The notes beneath the pieces were generated by a model that was not told the origin of the DNA, searched no databases, and was given only the letters and a program-made list of their open reading frames with translations. Position numbers and translations under genes: made by a program. A stretch of DNA of 63,970 bases, counting the filler, from Squatina squatina (taxonomy: Eukaryota): the NCBI GenBank assembly GCA_031763465.1. It is 4 parts of 4 records of this genome, joined end to end, with 100 filler letters (N's around TTAATTAATTAA, not from the genome) between each part and the next. Parts side by side here need not be neighbours in the genome. Positions count along the whole stretch, not along the records: positions 1 to 20,995 come from JARFOE010000192.1; positions 21,096 to 37,440 come from JARFOE010461064.1; 2 more parts are not named here. One strand, 5' to 3'. Of the stretch, positions 10,666-22,720 are shown piece after piece (the stretch's first letter is position 1; every line of letters begins with the position of its first letter).

Positions 10666-10789
10666 CTGGCCTTGCCTCACCAAGATTTAGAATGGGTGGG
10701 GCCCCCCTCATTGGTACATAGGGTTGAGGCACAGCAGAAAAGCTAGGAGCAGGTGCAACTCCAGTTCCTTTAGCTTGAGGTGCCATTGC
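10666..10789 (-). CDS. SNRPB: SNRPB/SmB-like exon (upstream tail exon), divergent
   Basis: Acceptor ttttactcttttAG, donor CCAG|GTATGT (phase 1, compatible with 9576). AMAPQAKGTGVAPAPSFSAVPQPYVPMRGAPPILNLGEARP aligns with SmB VMTPQGRGTVAAA...[24 protein letters not shown]. Confidence 0.72.
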
Positions 10790-10924
10790 CTAAAAGAGTA
10801 AATAAAACAACCTTGTAGATCTACGATGTATAGGTCAAGCACTTACTGTGACAAGAATAATCAAACGTTGGCCAACAACTTGCCGATTTATGCTTTTAAA
10901 ATATTAAATTAATTCAAAAGGAAA

Positions 10925-11190
10925 AATTTGTATTGATAGTGTCTTCCACAACCTCAAAAATGTCCCATGGGCTTCACAGTCAATGGATTCCTTTTCAAAT
11001 GTAGTCATTGCTGTAATGTAGGCAAACACAGCAGCCAATTTGTGCACATCAAGATCCCATAAACAACAAAGAAATAAATGACCACCTTAGTGATGATGGT
11101 TGAGGTAAAATGTTGGCCAGGACACCAGCAAAATGCCTGCTCTTTTTCAAGCAGTACCATGACGCCAATCCACCATCTGTCCACACATCT
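10925..11190 (-). mobile_element. Deu-domain SINE 3' part
   Basis: GTAGTCATTGCTGTAATGTAGGCAAACACAGCAGCCAATTTGTGCAC shared with the SINE at about 4341-4500. Confidence 0.65.
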
Positions 11191-12599
11191 TCCAGCACAA
11201 ATGAACTTGATAGCAATCACAAACATAAACCTAGATAATTTTTACCCTCTCTAGCCTAGTATGATGGGGCTAATTCTAGTTTCCTTATTTCCTTCCCAAT
11301 CGAGACACCTAATGCAACACGGACTGTGAACTGAATCTGGGACCTTCCTGATCCATATGAATCAGTATCACAATGAACATTACATTTACTATTTGAGGAA
11401 CTTGCTGTTGCAAAAATTAAACTTTGCCATATTTCATCATCAATGTCAAGCTATCATTATTTTCTTATTTTTAGACAGTTCTTGGAAAGTCTGGAATTTA
11501 TTATGCTCAGTTTTATCTGTAGAGCAATGGACTACCAACTAGGTGAAGATCCAAGTTCAAATCTAAGCTACTGACCAATATTCATAGTTGACTTTTTCAT
11601 AGAGGGTGAGTTCTTATCTGTCTTTGTTAGATTCTTTGTGGGAGAAGAACCACTTGCATTGCTTAAATTCAGCCCAAAAACTGCTGCTATGATGGATAGC
11701 AACTTGGGAAACATTCTTACTTGCTATTTGCCTTTAAGTTACTTTTCTATAAGCGACTTCCCTTTTCACAGTCATTCAAGCCAAAATGTGATTAATACAT
11801 GTCTGGTTATTCACACTATCAGTTGCAATACTCCTGTCATTGCTTGTGTAAGAATCGGGCCAAAATCTGTGTTTTTAAAGTCATAAAACCGAAAACCGCA
11901 CAGCAAGTGGTGGGTCATGGACCAAATCTTAACATACAGACTCCAGACCGGCAGGATCGAATTTACTGCAGGGTGACGTCAGATAAAACACCCAGGAAAA
12001 CAAAAACTCAGGAGACACTTGCAATGGTAAAAGATTCCTTTATTTTAGAAGACACAAACCACTGTTTAGCAGTCTGGGAAGAGAAGAGTGACAGTTTTAC
12101 AGTTGATTAAAACTGGAAGAGATNNNNNNNNNNNNNNNNNNNNNNNNNNNNNNNNNNNNNNNNNNNNNNNNNNNNNNNNNNNNNNNNNNNNNNNNNNNNN
12201 NNNNNNNNNNNNNNNNNNNNNNNCGAGCGATTGCACAAGTGATAAATTTGAGTAGCCAATTAATAACGCTGCTGTATGGACCCCCACCCTCCAGACCCAG
12301 TACCCCACCCCTGCAATTCCCCAAATAAGGCTCTCATTGCTCCCTTTAATTAGAAAGCGGTCTGAGCAGTTGGCATCGATCCAAACTCGGAGTCGTCCAA
12401 AAAGTACAATAACATTTGCAATGTTAAAGTTTTGCAAAAGCAGGAGAGTCAGCGAGAGATAAGCCGGCTGTTAGTTGCTGACTAATTGTTTCAATGTTTT
12501 GGTGTGTTTAGTCCCGGCGCGCTGTGTGTGTGTGCTGATGAGTGAGTGAGAATTTGAGGGCTCTCTCTCTCTCTACTCACGGCTCTAGTTAGAGTTTTG

Positions 12600-12882
12600 G
12601 ATGACATTGCGTGCAAAGCTTCTGATGACATTGAAAAGGATCCGGCACCTGAAATATAAGGAAGTGAGTCTTGCCTGGTCGGTGCGGCGGAGCCATCACT
12701 CGGGGCTACACATTCAAGNNNNNNNNNNGCCCCGCATGCTGACCCATGCTGGCCGATTGCTCCGGTGTGTTCAGTGGAGAGCGGCGAGCGAGAGGTGCAT
12801 TGTGATAGCAACTCGTGCTGTGCGCTGCGCTGTCCATCCACAGCCCGAAGCTCCGCCAAAGGTGAAGGTCGCGTCGGCTCAG
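12600..12882 (+). promoter_or_regulatory. Possible promoter and non-coding first exon of an unidentified gene
   Basis: CpG-rich island-like stretch, AATATAAG followed by GGAAGT at about 12653-12666, strong donor CAG|GTAAGA at 12882/12883. No recognisable coding sequence. Confidence 0.3.
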
Positions 12883-14894
12883 GTAAGACCCGGGAGATGG
12901 TCAGTTTCAAAGGCGGGAGAAATGGACAAGAGCAGCAGGCGGTAGAACCAGGGAATTCACAGTGTTAATGCAGCAGGAATGTGACAACTGCACTGTGTAT
13001 TTAAACGTGGTTTGCAGCCAACACTGAGTGCCTTTTGATATCCATAGGATTGAATAGAAATTGGTTGCTGCTGACGGGACATAGACTCGATTCGGGCTAA
13101 CCCGGGTGAACATTTTAAACAATGTGATCACTTTTCTTGTCCTGTTGCTAACCTTGTTTTGGAGAATGATTGGAGGCGATTGCTGCAGCTTGATGTGACA
13201 CTCGGGCCGTGCAGTGCATCACTTCAAAAGAGTAAAGTGATACAGGGGTGGGATGGCACTGAGCGGAGTGGACTGAACTCAAGTGATTAAAGTGGTACCT
13301 GTAACTTGTTGGCAGGGCCCAGAGCAATGATCCCACTCGGCGAGTGCATGTACGCGGGCAGAAAACGGAGGAAACCCATTCAGAAACAGTGAGTACAACA
13401 TCCGCGGCCGGATGGACAGCTGTGAAATGTCTAATTTCTTTTTGCCTTTTTTAAAATAAACACATGGTTGGTGCCAGGTGCTGGAAGCAGCGATTGCTTG
13501 AATATAACTGTGCTGTTGCTAACAGCGGAATTCATTGTAAAAAAAACAGAGAAAGATAGCCGTCAGATCTTGGTGAGAACACAACTGTGCCAGATGGGAA
13601 AAGAAAGTTTACCGTGACGGGGCTGGAATTTTCATCATTAAAACATCAAGACAGACGAAACTGAAAGATATTTCAAGTTGTCAAAGAATTTCATATATAG
13701 ATAAAAGCATTTTTTGCAAATAATGATTCGTGTTTCATTATTAAGTATAGATATTAATTATTGAATCTATCAATATACAGTGCATTAAATATTTAAATAC
13801 ATACCCAATTATAAAATATAGTGATGTATATTTCACTATTATCTGTACAGATGTATAGTCCATCATTAATTACAGTGTACATTGCATACTCTTGTTATAC
13901 AGAGCATATTGATTNNNNNNNNNNNNNNNNNNNNNNNNNNNNNNNNNNNNNNNNNNNNNNNNNNNNNNNNNNNNNNNNNNNNNNNNNNNNNNNNNNNNNN
14001 NNNNNNNNNNNNNNNNNNNNNNNNNNNNNNNNNNNNNNNNNNNNNNNNNNNNNNNNNNNNNNNNNNNNNNNNNNNNNNNNNNNNNNNNNNNNNNNNNNNN
14101 NNNNNNNNNNNNNNNNNNNNNNNNNNNNNNNNNNNNNNNNNNNNNNNNAATTATAAAATAGATCTTCACATGACTAACTTTAAGTGATTAGATCAGAGTT
14201 GCTTCTTCAATACACTTTTAGCTCAATGCCTGTTTGCAACAAATTCAGCCCAAGATGTTGCCGTTTATTTTTAAACTGAAGTTATTTTGTCCTGTGCTTG
14301 ATACCTTTTCTGATTATAAACCTCCAATTAAATTGTAAACACAAGGGCACTGTGTGGTATTGGTTTAGATTTTGGTCATACAGCTGTTTGTTTTCTTTCA
14401 CAAAATCAGTAACATGTCGGATCCAGTGATGTGAACTTGAAATGCAAAACACAGACTTAAATGAAAAATCATTTAAACAAATCAGCCCGGCTCCAGTTCA
14501 AATATAAGCTTCAGAAGCAGCAACGTCCATCAAGGAGCTCAGTGCTGCTGCAAGAGTTCCTTCTATTGATTAACGAGCCCCCATTTTAACCTAACCTGGG
14601 TCAGATCCGATGCCCATTTCATACCCAGCCTGATTTTACTCTCACGGGAGGAGTCAGTTGTCACTTGGCANNNNNNNNNNNNNNNNNNNNNNNNNNNNNN
14701 NNNNNNNNNNNNNNNNNNNNNNNNNNNNNNNNNNNNNNNNNNNNNNNNNNNNNNNNNNNNNNNNNNNNNNTTTGTCCTTAATCCAAACAGTTGTTGCATT
14801 TTTGCTACCATTTTTCTTTGTGCAGTGTTTTATCTTTGGGTTTCTAGCTGCACTGTTCTTCCATTCATGTATTTCAGCATTTTCCCCTATCTTA

Positions 14895-15172
14895 TTCCTT
14901 GCAGTTCCTCTGAATGGCCTCTTGTGCATCACCCCACCATTGGCTGTCGTGCCTTCAACTGTCTGGACACCACGCACTGAAATTCCCTCCCTAAACCTCT
15001 CTGCCTCTCCTCGTTCTTATGACCCTCTGTAAAAACCCATTTCTTTGAAGCCAGCTTTGGGTCACCCATCCTATTAGCTCCTTCTTTGGCTTGGTATCCC
15101 TTTATTTAATTACAGTCCTGTACCTTAGGTTGTTTCTCTGTTAAAGGTGCTATATCAATGCACATTGTTGTA
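14895..15172 (+). mobile_element. L2-type LINE 3' end
   Basis: AATTCCCTCCCTAAACCTCTCTGCCTC...AAAGGTGCTATATCAATGCA tail, similar to 15505-15912. Confidence 0.65.
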
Positions 15173-15504
15173 GAAATTGTATTTAAAATGATCTCCTCCG
15201 TTTCATTGCCTTCCTGGTCCCTTTAGGATGTGGATTCCCCCCTGTTGCCTTTTGTTTTTTGGCTTCTACCTTGAGATTTCCTCTGCTCTTCCAAACAAAG
15301 CTGTTTTAAATTTGTTCCAATGTTATTCAATAGCCGTAGCGTGTCCCATTTAAAACTCTTCAAATCTGTCATTCATTTTAACAGCTTATTTCTTTGCTTC
15401 ATGATTTATTGAAACCATCATTGTTAATCCTTAACAAAGTTGGGGGCTTGATCATTATAAGCCTGATTCCTATCCCTGGGCTGTAGTAGTGTGAGCTGCA
15501 ATAT

Positions 15505-15912
15505 GTTTTTGAATTTAAAATGTTCATCCTTGTTTTCAAATCCTTTCATGGCCTTGCCGCTCCCTATCTCTGTAGCCTCCTCAATCCCTACAATGCTCCG
15601 ACGTCTCTGCGCTCTTCCAATCCTGGTCTTGTGCACCTCACATTTTCATCAATCGACAATTGGTGGCCGTGCCTTCTGTTGCCCAGGCCCCAAGCTCTGG
15701 AATTCCCTGCCCAAACCTCTCTGCCTCGCTTTCCTCCTTTAAGATGCTCCTTAAAACCTGCCTCTTTGACCAAGTTTTGGGTCATCCGCCGTAATTTCTC
15801 CTTATGCGGCTCAGTGTCAACTTTTTATTTCATAACACTCCTGTAAAGCACCTCGGGACGTTTCTCTGCATTAAAGGCGCTATATAAATCCAAGTTGTGG
15901 TTGTTGGTTGTT
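15505..15912 (+). mobile_element. L2-type LINE 3' end
   Basis: ILVFKSFHGLAAPYL and GGRAF..GPKLWNSLP ORF2 C-terminal motifs; tail AAAGGCGCTATATAAATCCAAG(TTG)n. Confidence 0.8.
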
Positions 15913-18224
15913 GTTTAATGGGACAGTGTAGAGGGTGGAATCTCCAGGAATTTAAGATTAGTCTCCTGGGCACTGCTGTGATCAAGAACCCTGGGAGAAA
16001 TATCATAGGAGCAATAAAAATATCGCGTGTGTGGTTTCTTTTCATTGAACACTTTTGTTTATCCGTTGTAAAGATTTTGGAGATGGGGAATAAATGCTGC
16101 TTGACTGGTGGTGCGGTTGGAGACGGGAGGTCATGCAATGAAATCTCCAGGAATGTGTCCGACCAGAGATGGCAACCCTAGGCTGAGCGCTGATCCCCCC
16201 GGGGAGCATAGAATTAGCCCGAGCATTCCAATTCACAAACACGAACATCCTTCACCTTGACATCCGCTCAAAAAAAAAGGGAAAGGCTCATTGCAGATTT
16301 AAATGTTGATAATGAAACACAAACAGAATTTAGAATGAGGCAGTGAGAGAGACCACTTCTGATGGATTGCTTAATGATTGACTGAATACAGATCCGTACT
16401 CAAACAGTGATTCATAGGTGGGATGATTAAACTGCCAGAAATTGTAACATAAATGTCTACACTCCTGACTCTTGTGACGTTAATCTGTCTCTCTTTTTCC
16501 TAGAGAACATTATATATGCAATAGAAATAAACAAGTTCNNNNNNNNNNNNNNNNNNNNNNNNNNNNNNNNNNNNNNNNNNNNNNNNNNNNNNNNNNNNNN
16601 NNNNNNNNNNNNNNNNNNNNNNNNNNNNNNNNNNNNNNAACCTCTCGTGTTACAGCGGCTCTTCTTGCTTCTCTCTTGTTCATGTTGCCAGTCATCTTTT
16701 TGTGCATCCTGGATCTTAAAGGTAACTGATATATCGTTAAGGGAATGAGTGTGAGAAACATGGACACTACAAACACACAGAAGAGAGGGGAGGAGGAACA
16801 CAAAGATAAGACACAATCAGAAAGTTGGTGATAGGATGCAACAGTGTCTGAGATAATATAAAAGGTGGAAGATAAGCTGAGTGTAACACAGAAGAATTAC
16901 AGAATGGGAAAGAAGCAGATGCAGTTACAAGAAAAGTGTGCCATACTTTTTAAAATTAGGTGTTCACCTTTGCTCTCTGTTGAAAGCTTGTCTGTGGCAC
17001 AGAGAAAAGGAAGTTCATGTTGCAAGCACTTCCTGTAATGTAGAGGAAGTCTTGTTGTAATGATTTTGGCCGCTTCGCTATTAAGCCAGACACACAGAAG
17101 AAACCAATTCAAAAAGCTTACAGAATTCAATTCTACAGCTCTGGATGTTTGTTCCCAGATGTGTTTAGAAAAAGGTACTCCCTTATCTTCAGTTACATTA
17201 GCTTTTCTCAACAGAACGGCATGGAGATGAACATGCTATATGAAGTTCCAGTTACCAAATGAGCCATTTTGTTGAGCAGAAACACCAACTGATCATAACA
17301 ACAATTGTAAAACCACACTTGTGGGGTCGGTTCAGCTGCCCTTTGATCCCTGGACTGTGGTGAATTAGCAAGTCTTGGAGGGTGACAATGGAGGCAAAAT
17401 TGGCCTCATCGTCCTTGGGCTTAGGAGATGAACTAAATTCAGCCAGCGTTCCGATTTTTGATTACTTTGTAGTCCCACTGCTGAAATATATGAGTGATTG
17501 AAGATTGGAACAGGCTCAGCTGTGACCTCAGAAAAGTGGTTATGAAAACGATCTGTCGATCAGAGGAACGGGACTGTGCTGCAGAAGTGACCAGCAATGC
17601 AGAAATGAGCCTCTTCCCTACCGCTCAGGAAACACTGGCAGCAGCCTGAAGAATTTGTCATTCTTTGATCTCTCTCTCTCTCTCTCTCTCGGGGCTGTAG
17701 TTGAGTTTGTAATCGTGCAGGGGCCCATTTAATGTTCTCATTCTTTTCTCATGTGCGGATCTGGGACTCCGATCTTGGCATCTTCTCAGCCCAAGAAGCT
17801 GTGACTGCTAAGTTTAGATCACATACCATTGATTAAGGCGTTTCATTTTCAGTTAATATTTTTGAGTCAACTTCAATTTGGCGCAAATTGACAGCAATAT
17901 GTTAAGTGTATAAAGTGGAAGAAAAAAACTAATTGCAGAATAATGCATTTCTACTAAAGCCACATTGGGTGAAAGATATTGGCCTGGATTTTGTGTTAAG
18001 AATAATGGTAAGGCTAACAGCACCACCGTTATTATGGCGTAAATTAGACAGCAACTTCCAGAGTCCGCACATGCGCAGTTAAACGTGGAAATCAGAAAGT
18101 TGCTGTCCAATTTGCCCTGCTCCTNNNNNNNNNNNNNNNNNNNNNNNNNNNNNNNNNNNNNNNNNNNNNNNNNNNNNNNNNNNNNNNNNNNNNNNNNNNN
18201 NNNNNNNNNNNNNNNNNNNNNNNN

Positions 18225-19573
18225 TCTCTAAGGATAACAACCTCTGCTTTTCAGTCCATCCACATTACTGTAATCCATCATCCCTGGAATCATTTTAGTA
18301 AATCTCTTCTGTACCCTCTCCACAGCCTTCATGTCCTTCCTGAAATGTGCTGCCCAGAATTGGACATAATACTCCAGCTGGGGCCGAACTACTGTTTTAT
18401 ATAGGTTTAGCGTGATCCTGGCTTTTGTAATCTGTTCCGCTATTTACAAAGGCCAGGATTCCATCTGCTTTATTAACTGCTTTGTTAACCTGCCTTGGCA
18501 CCATCAAAGCTTTGTGCACAAGCACCCACAGGCCTCTTCTTGCACTCCCTTTAAAAGTGTACCATTTATTATATATGGCGTCTCCTTATTCTTCTCACTT
18601 TTCTCGATGTTGAGTTTCATCTGCCACGTGGCTGCCCATTCCACCACCCTGCCTAAGTCCTCTTGAAGTCTATTACTGTCTTCCTCAGTGTTTACTACAC
18701 TTCCAAGTTTTGTGCCATCTGCAAATTTCAAAATTGTGCCCTGTACTAAGTTCAAGCCATCAATGTATATCGAGTGACCCTCGTACTGAGCCTTGGGGAA
18801 CTCCACTGTATACCTCCCTCCGGTCTGAGAAACAACCATTCACCACAGCTCTGTTTTCTATCCCTTCGTCAATTTTCTATCCATGCTGCTACTGCCACTT
18901 TTATTCCATGGGCTTCAATATTAATGTGGTACTTTATCAAACTTCTTTTGAAAGTCCATATACACAACATTAACTGCACTGCCCTCATCTACCTTCTCTG
19001 TTATCTCATCAAAAGACTCAATCAAGTTAGTCAAACACGATTTGCCCTTAACAAATCTGTGCTGGCTCTCCTTAACCAATCTACACTTGTCCAAGTGGCT
19101 GTTAATTTTCTCAAGGATTATTGATTCTAAAAACTTCTCCACCATCGACCTTAAATTGATTGCCTGTAATTGCCAGGTTTATCCTTCTCCACTTTTTTGA
19201 ACAAGGGTGTAGCATTTGCAATCCTCCAGTCCTTTGGCACTACCCCTGATCTAAGGAGGATTGTGGCAAGCACCTCCACAATTTCTACCCTTACTACCTT
19301 CAGCAATCGAGAATTCATTCCATCTGGACCAGACGTCTTATCTACTTTAAGTATTGCCAGCATTTCCAGTAGCTCCTTTATTTTTGTCTCACCCAGTATC
19401 CCGGAAACCTCCTTGTTTACCATGGCTTTGGCAAAGTCCTCTTCCTTGGTAAACACCGATGCGAATAACTCATTTAGTACCTCAGCCATGCCTTCTGCCT
19501 CCACCAATGGATCTCCATTTTGATCCCTAATTGACCCCCCCCCACTCCTCTGACAACCCTTTTATTGTTAATA
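18225..19573 (-). mobile_element. CR1 LINE ORF2 (RT) fragment, degenerate
   Basis: VPKDWRIANATPLFKK, KGKSCLTNLIE, VVYMDFQK.FDKVPH, ILKFADGTKLG pieces spread across frames. Confidence 0.92.
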
Positions 19574-20619
19574 NNNNNNNNNNNNNNNNNNNNNNNNNNN
19601 NNNNNNNNNNNNNNNNNNNNNNNNNNNNNNNNNNNNNNNNNNNNNNNNNNNNNNNNNNNNNNNNNNNNNNNNNAAGTCAACTGTTAACAATACACAGACA
19701 GTCAGCCGCCAGTTATTCAGGAAATTAACTTCAGATTCTTTGTCTCTTCTCACAAGCCCATGATAGTTTCCCTTTTCCGATGTCTCCCTTTGGCTGAGAA
19801 AAATCCAGTCTCTCTGCTTTTTATCAGAATGCAGCAACTTTGAGAGCTTAGGGCCCACAGTACAAGCTAGTGTAGAAGAAGAGCAAATTCCTGTGAAACT
19901 GAAGCATTGGAGGACAAAAATTGTGAAAAAGTTTTCAAGTTCCTGCGAAACATCTCAATTCATTCTGTCAGCGCATCGTACTCTGCACTAAGTCAAATTT
20001 CATCATTATTTTGCTGCACATTTTCAACCTAAAACATTGGAAACGCATGGCATGAAGCAGGAAACACATTCTGGCCCTCAGTGCCTGTAAATACCATTAG
20101 GAATGTTAGGTAATTCAGAAGAATGTTCCCTTTGAGTACTGCATTAGCATCTGCGCACGTGAATCAGCAACACACCAATATTACACCCATCTTCTTGCTC
20201 CAAGAATGCTTTAAACTGAAGACCTTTCTCTGATTCTGGTTCACAATGTTCATCATTAGAAATTCAGAAAACGCCACTGTTCTCTATGGAACCCATGATG
20301 TATAGTTTCAAAGTTGAAGAAGTCTTTTGGCATACAAATGATTCAGGAGGATTATGGAATATGTCCGAGGTCAGCATCCCCAAAGTGTGGTCATGTGACA
20401 ACCCCCCCCGCCCCACCAAATTTCCAAGTTTAATTTTTCGCGCCGGTCTGGGACTTGCAGTGAGTAAGCTTCACCAGTCAATGTTGGGAGTGCGTTTCAA
20501 GAATGTGACACACGCTGGGGAAGACTGGTCCCTTATAGTTGCTCTTTGTGCTGTTTCTCTTCTAACTTGGATTCCGCGAACCCAGTGCCTGTGAGCTGTC
20601 CGGATCTCCGAATCTGCCC

Positions 20620-20995
20620 CGGGCAAAAAGCAATCAGAAAGGTTAATGGGATGTTGACCTTTATCTCAAGGGGCCTGGAATACAAAGAGGAGGAAGTCAG
20701 GCTTCAGTCATACAGGGCCTTGGTCAGACTCCATCTGGAGCACTGCACTCGGCTCTGGGCACCGCACCCCAGGAAGAATACGTTGGCCCTGGAGGAAGTG
20801 CAGTGCAGATTCACCAGAATGATACCGGGGCTCAGAGGGTTAAATTATCAGGACAGGTTGCATAAACTTGGCTCGTGTTGCCTTGAGTATGGGAGTTTAA
20901 GGGATGATCTGATTGAGGTATTTAAAATGTTAAAAGGATTCGATAGGGTAGATGCAGAGAAACTATTTCCCCAGGGTGGGGGAGGGGAGGGGTGG
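20620..20995 (+). mobile_element. CR1 LINE ORF2 3' fragment
   Basis: YRALVRLHLEHC...LEEVQCRFTRMIPG...DLIEVFKMLKGFDRV. Confidence 0.9.
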
Positions 20996-21095
20996 NNNNN
21001 NNNNNNNNNNNNNNNNNNNNNNNNNNNNNNNNNNNNNNNTTAATTAATTAANNNNNNNNNNNNNNNNNNNNNNNNNNNNNNNNNNNNNNNNNNNN
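20996..21095. other. Artificial scaffold-joining spacer
   Basis: 44 N + TTAATTAATTAA (stops in all six frames) + 44 N. Confidence 0.95.
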
Positions 21096-21864
21096 ACAGT
21101 CCCTCACCTAAAGTTAAGGAAAGCCGGGCAATTCCTTTGTTTCTATAAACTGATTGAACATTTTCTGCATTGGCAATTTCGCTGCACGGGCGGTACAGGT
21201 GGTGTGCGAGACTTTAACGCAGAATGTTTCCATTTGAAAGCAAAAAGCAGGAAATTTCATTCAATTACAACTCACAGGAAGATAGACAAATATATTTATA
21301 AATATCACGGACGTAAATCGAAATTCATTAGAACTAATGAACAGAGAAAGACAAATATAAATCAGGGCTATGGTGGAAAATCAGTGGAGTCTGAATAGTT
21401 GATAGGTTCTTGCAGAGAGCCGGCACAGACGCGATGCGATGAATGGTCTCCTTCTGTGCTTCGGTTCCGACGATGTAAACTGAAATTTTGCAGCAGAACC
21501 GCAGCTGTATGATTTACGGTAGGGCAGCATCTGCCGCTCACAGCTCCGATAGACTGAAGGGTTGATGCCTTGGCCTTGCAATCCATTCTGGTATTGCTGC
21601 TCGCTGTGATACTGCTAAAATCACCGTTTATTACTCAAATAAATAAGAGCTGGAGATGCTTGTCTGCTAGTCTCTCTCTCAGAGCCTCAGAGCTAGGCCA
21701 GCGAGGGAGGCACGTTGAAATTGTCGCTCGGTGCTCCTTTGCAATATTTCAAGAGATGGGAAGGATTTCCCCTCCAGCAGCAATATTATTTTATATTTAT
21801 TTTCTTTGCAGGCATCTCTCTATCTCTCCGGGCCTCTTCCTCTTTTCCATCACTCCATCTCTCC

Positions 21865-22720
21865 CTGTCTCTGCCTCTTGTCCATCACTCTATCTCTCGC
21901 TGTCTCTGCCTCTTGTCCATCTCTCGATATCTCGCTGTTTCTGCCTCTTGTCCATCTCTCTACCTCTGCCTGTCTCTGCCTCTTGTCCATCTCTCTATCT
22001 CTCCCAGTCTCTGCCTCTTGTCCATCTCTCTATCTCTGCCTGTCTCTGCCTCTTGTCCATCATTCTATCTCTGCCTGTCTCTGCCTCTTGTCCATCTCTC
22101 TATCTCTTGCTGTCTCTGCCTCTTGTCCATCTCACTATCTCTCGCTGTCTCTGCCTCTTGTCCATCTCTCTATCTCTCCCTGTCTCTGCCTCTTGTCCAT
22201 CTCACTATCTCTCGCGGTCTCTGCCTCTTGTACATCTCTCTATCTCTGCCTCTCTCTGCCTCTTGTCCATCTCTCTATCTCTGCCTGTCTCTGCCTCTTG
22301 TCCATCTCTCTATCTCTCGCTGTCTCTGCCTCTTGTCCATCTCACTATCTCTCCCTGTCTCTGCCTCTTGTCCATCTCTCACTCTCTCTCCCTGTCTCTG
22401 CCTCTTGTCCATCTCACTATCTCTCGCTGTCTCTGCCTCTTGTACATCTCTCTATCTCTGCCTGTATCTGCCTCTTGACCATCTCTCTATTTCTGCCTGT
22501 CTCATGCAGCTTGTCCATCTCTCTATCTCTACCTGTCTCTGCCTCTTGTCCATCTCTCTATCTCTCCCTGTCTCTGCCTCTTATACATCTCTCTATCTCT
22601 CGCTGTCTCTGCCTCTTGCACATCTCTCTATCTCTGCCTGTATCTGCCTCTTGTCCATCTCTCTATCTCTGCCTGTCTCTGCCTCTTGTCCATCTCTCTA
22701 TCTCTCCCTGTCTCTGCCTC
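21865..22720. repeat. 35-bp pyrimidine-rich minisatellite, about 24 copies
   Basis: Unit CTGTCTCTGCCTCTTGTCCATCTCTCTATCTCT(GC/CC/CG); register check 21901 to 22321 = 12 x 35. Confidence 0.95.

Noticed and set aside
13821-14187. ORFs consisting mostly of X
   Set aside because: Artefacts of reading through N gaps; applies to all X-containing ORFs in the track.
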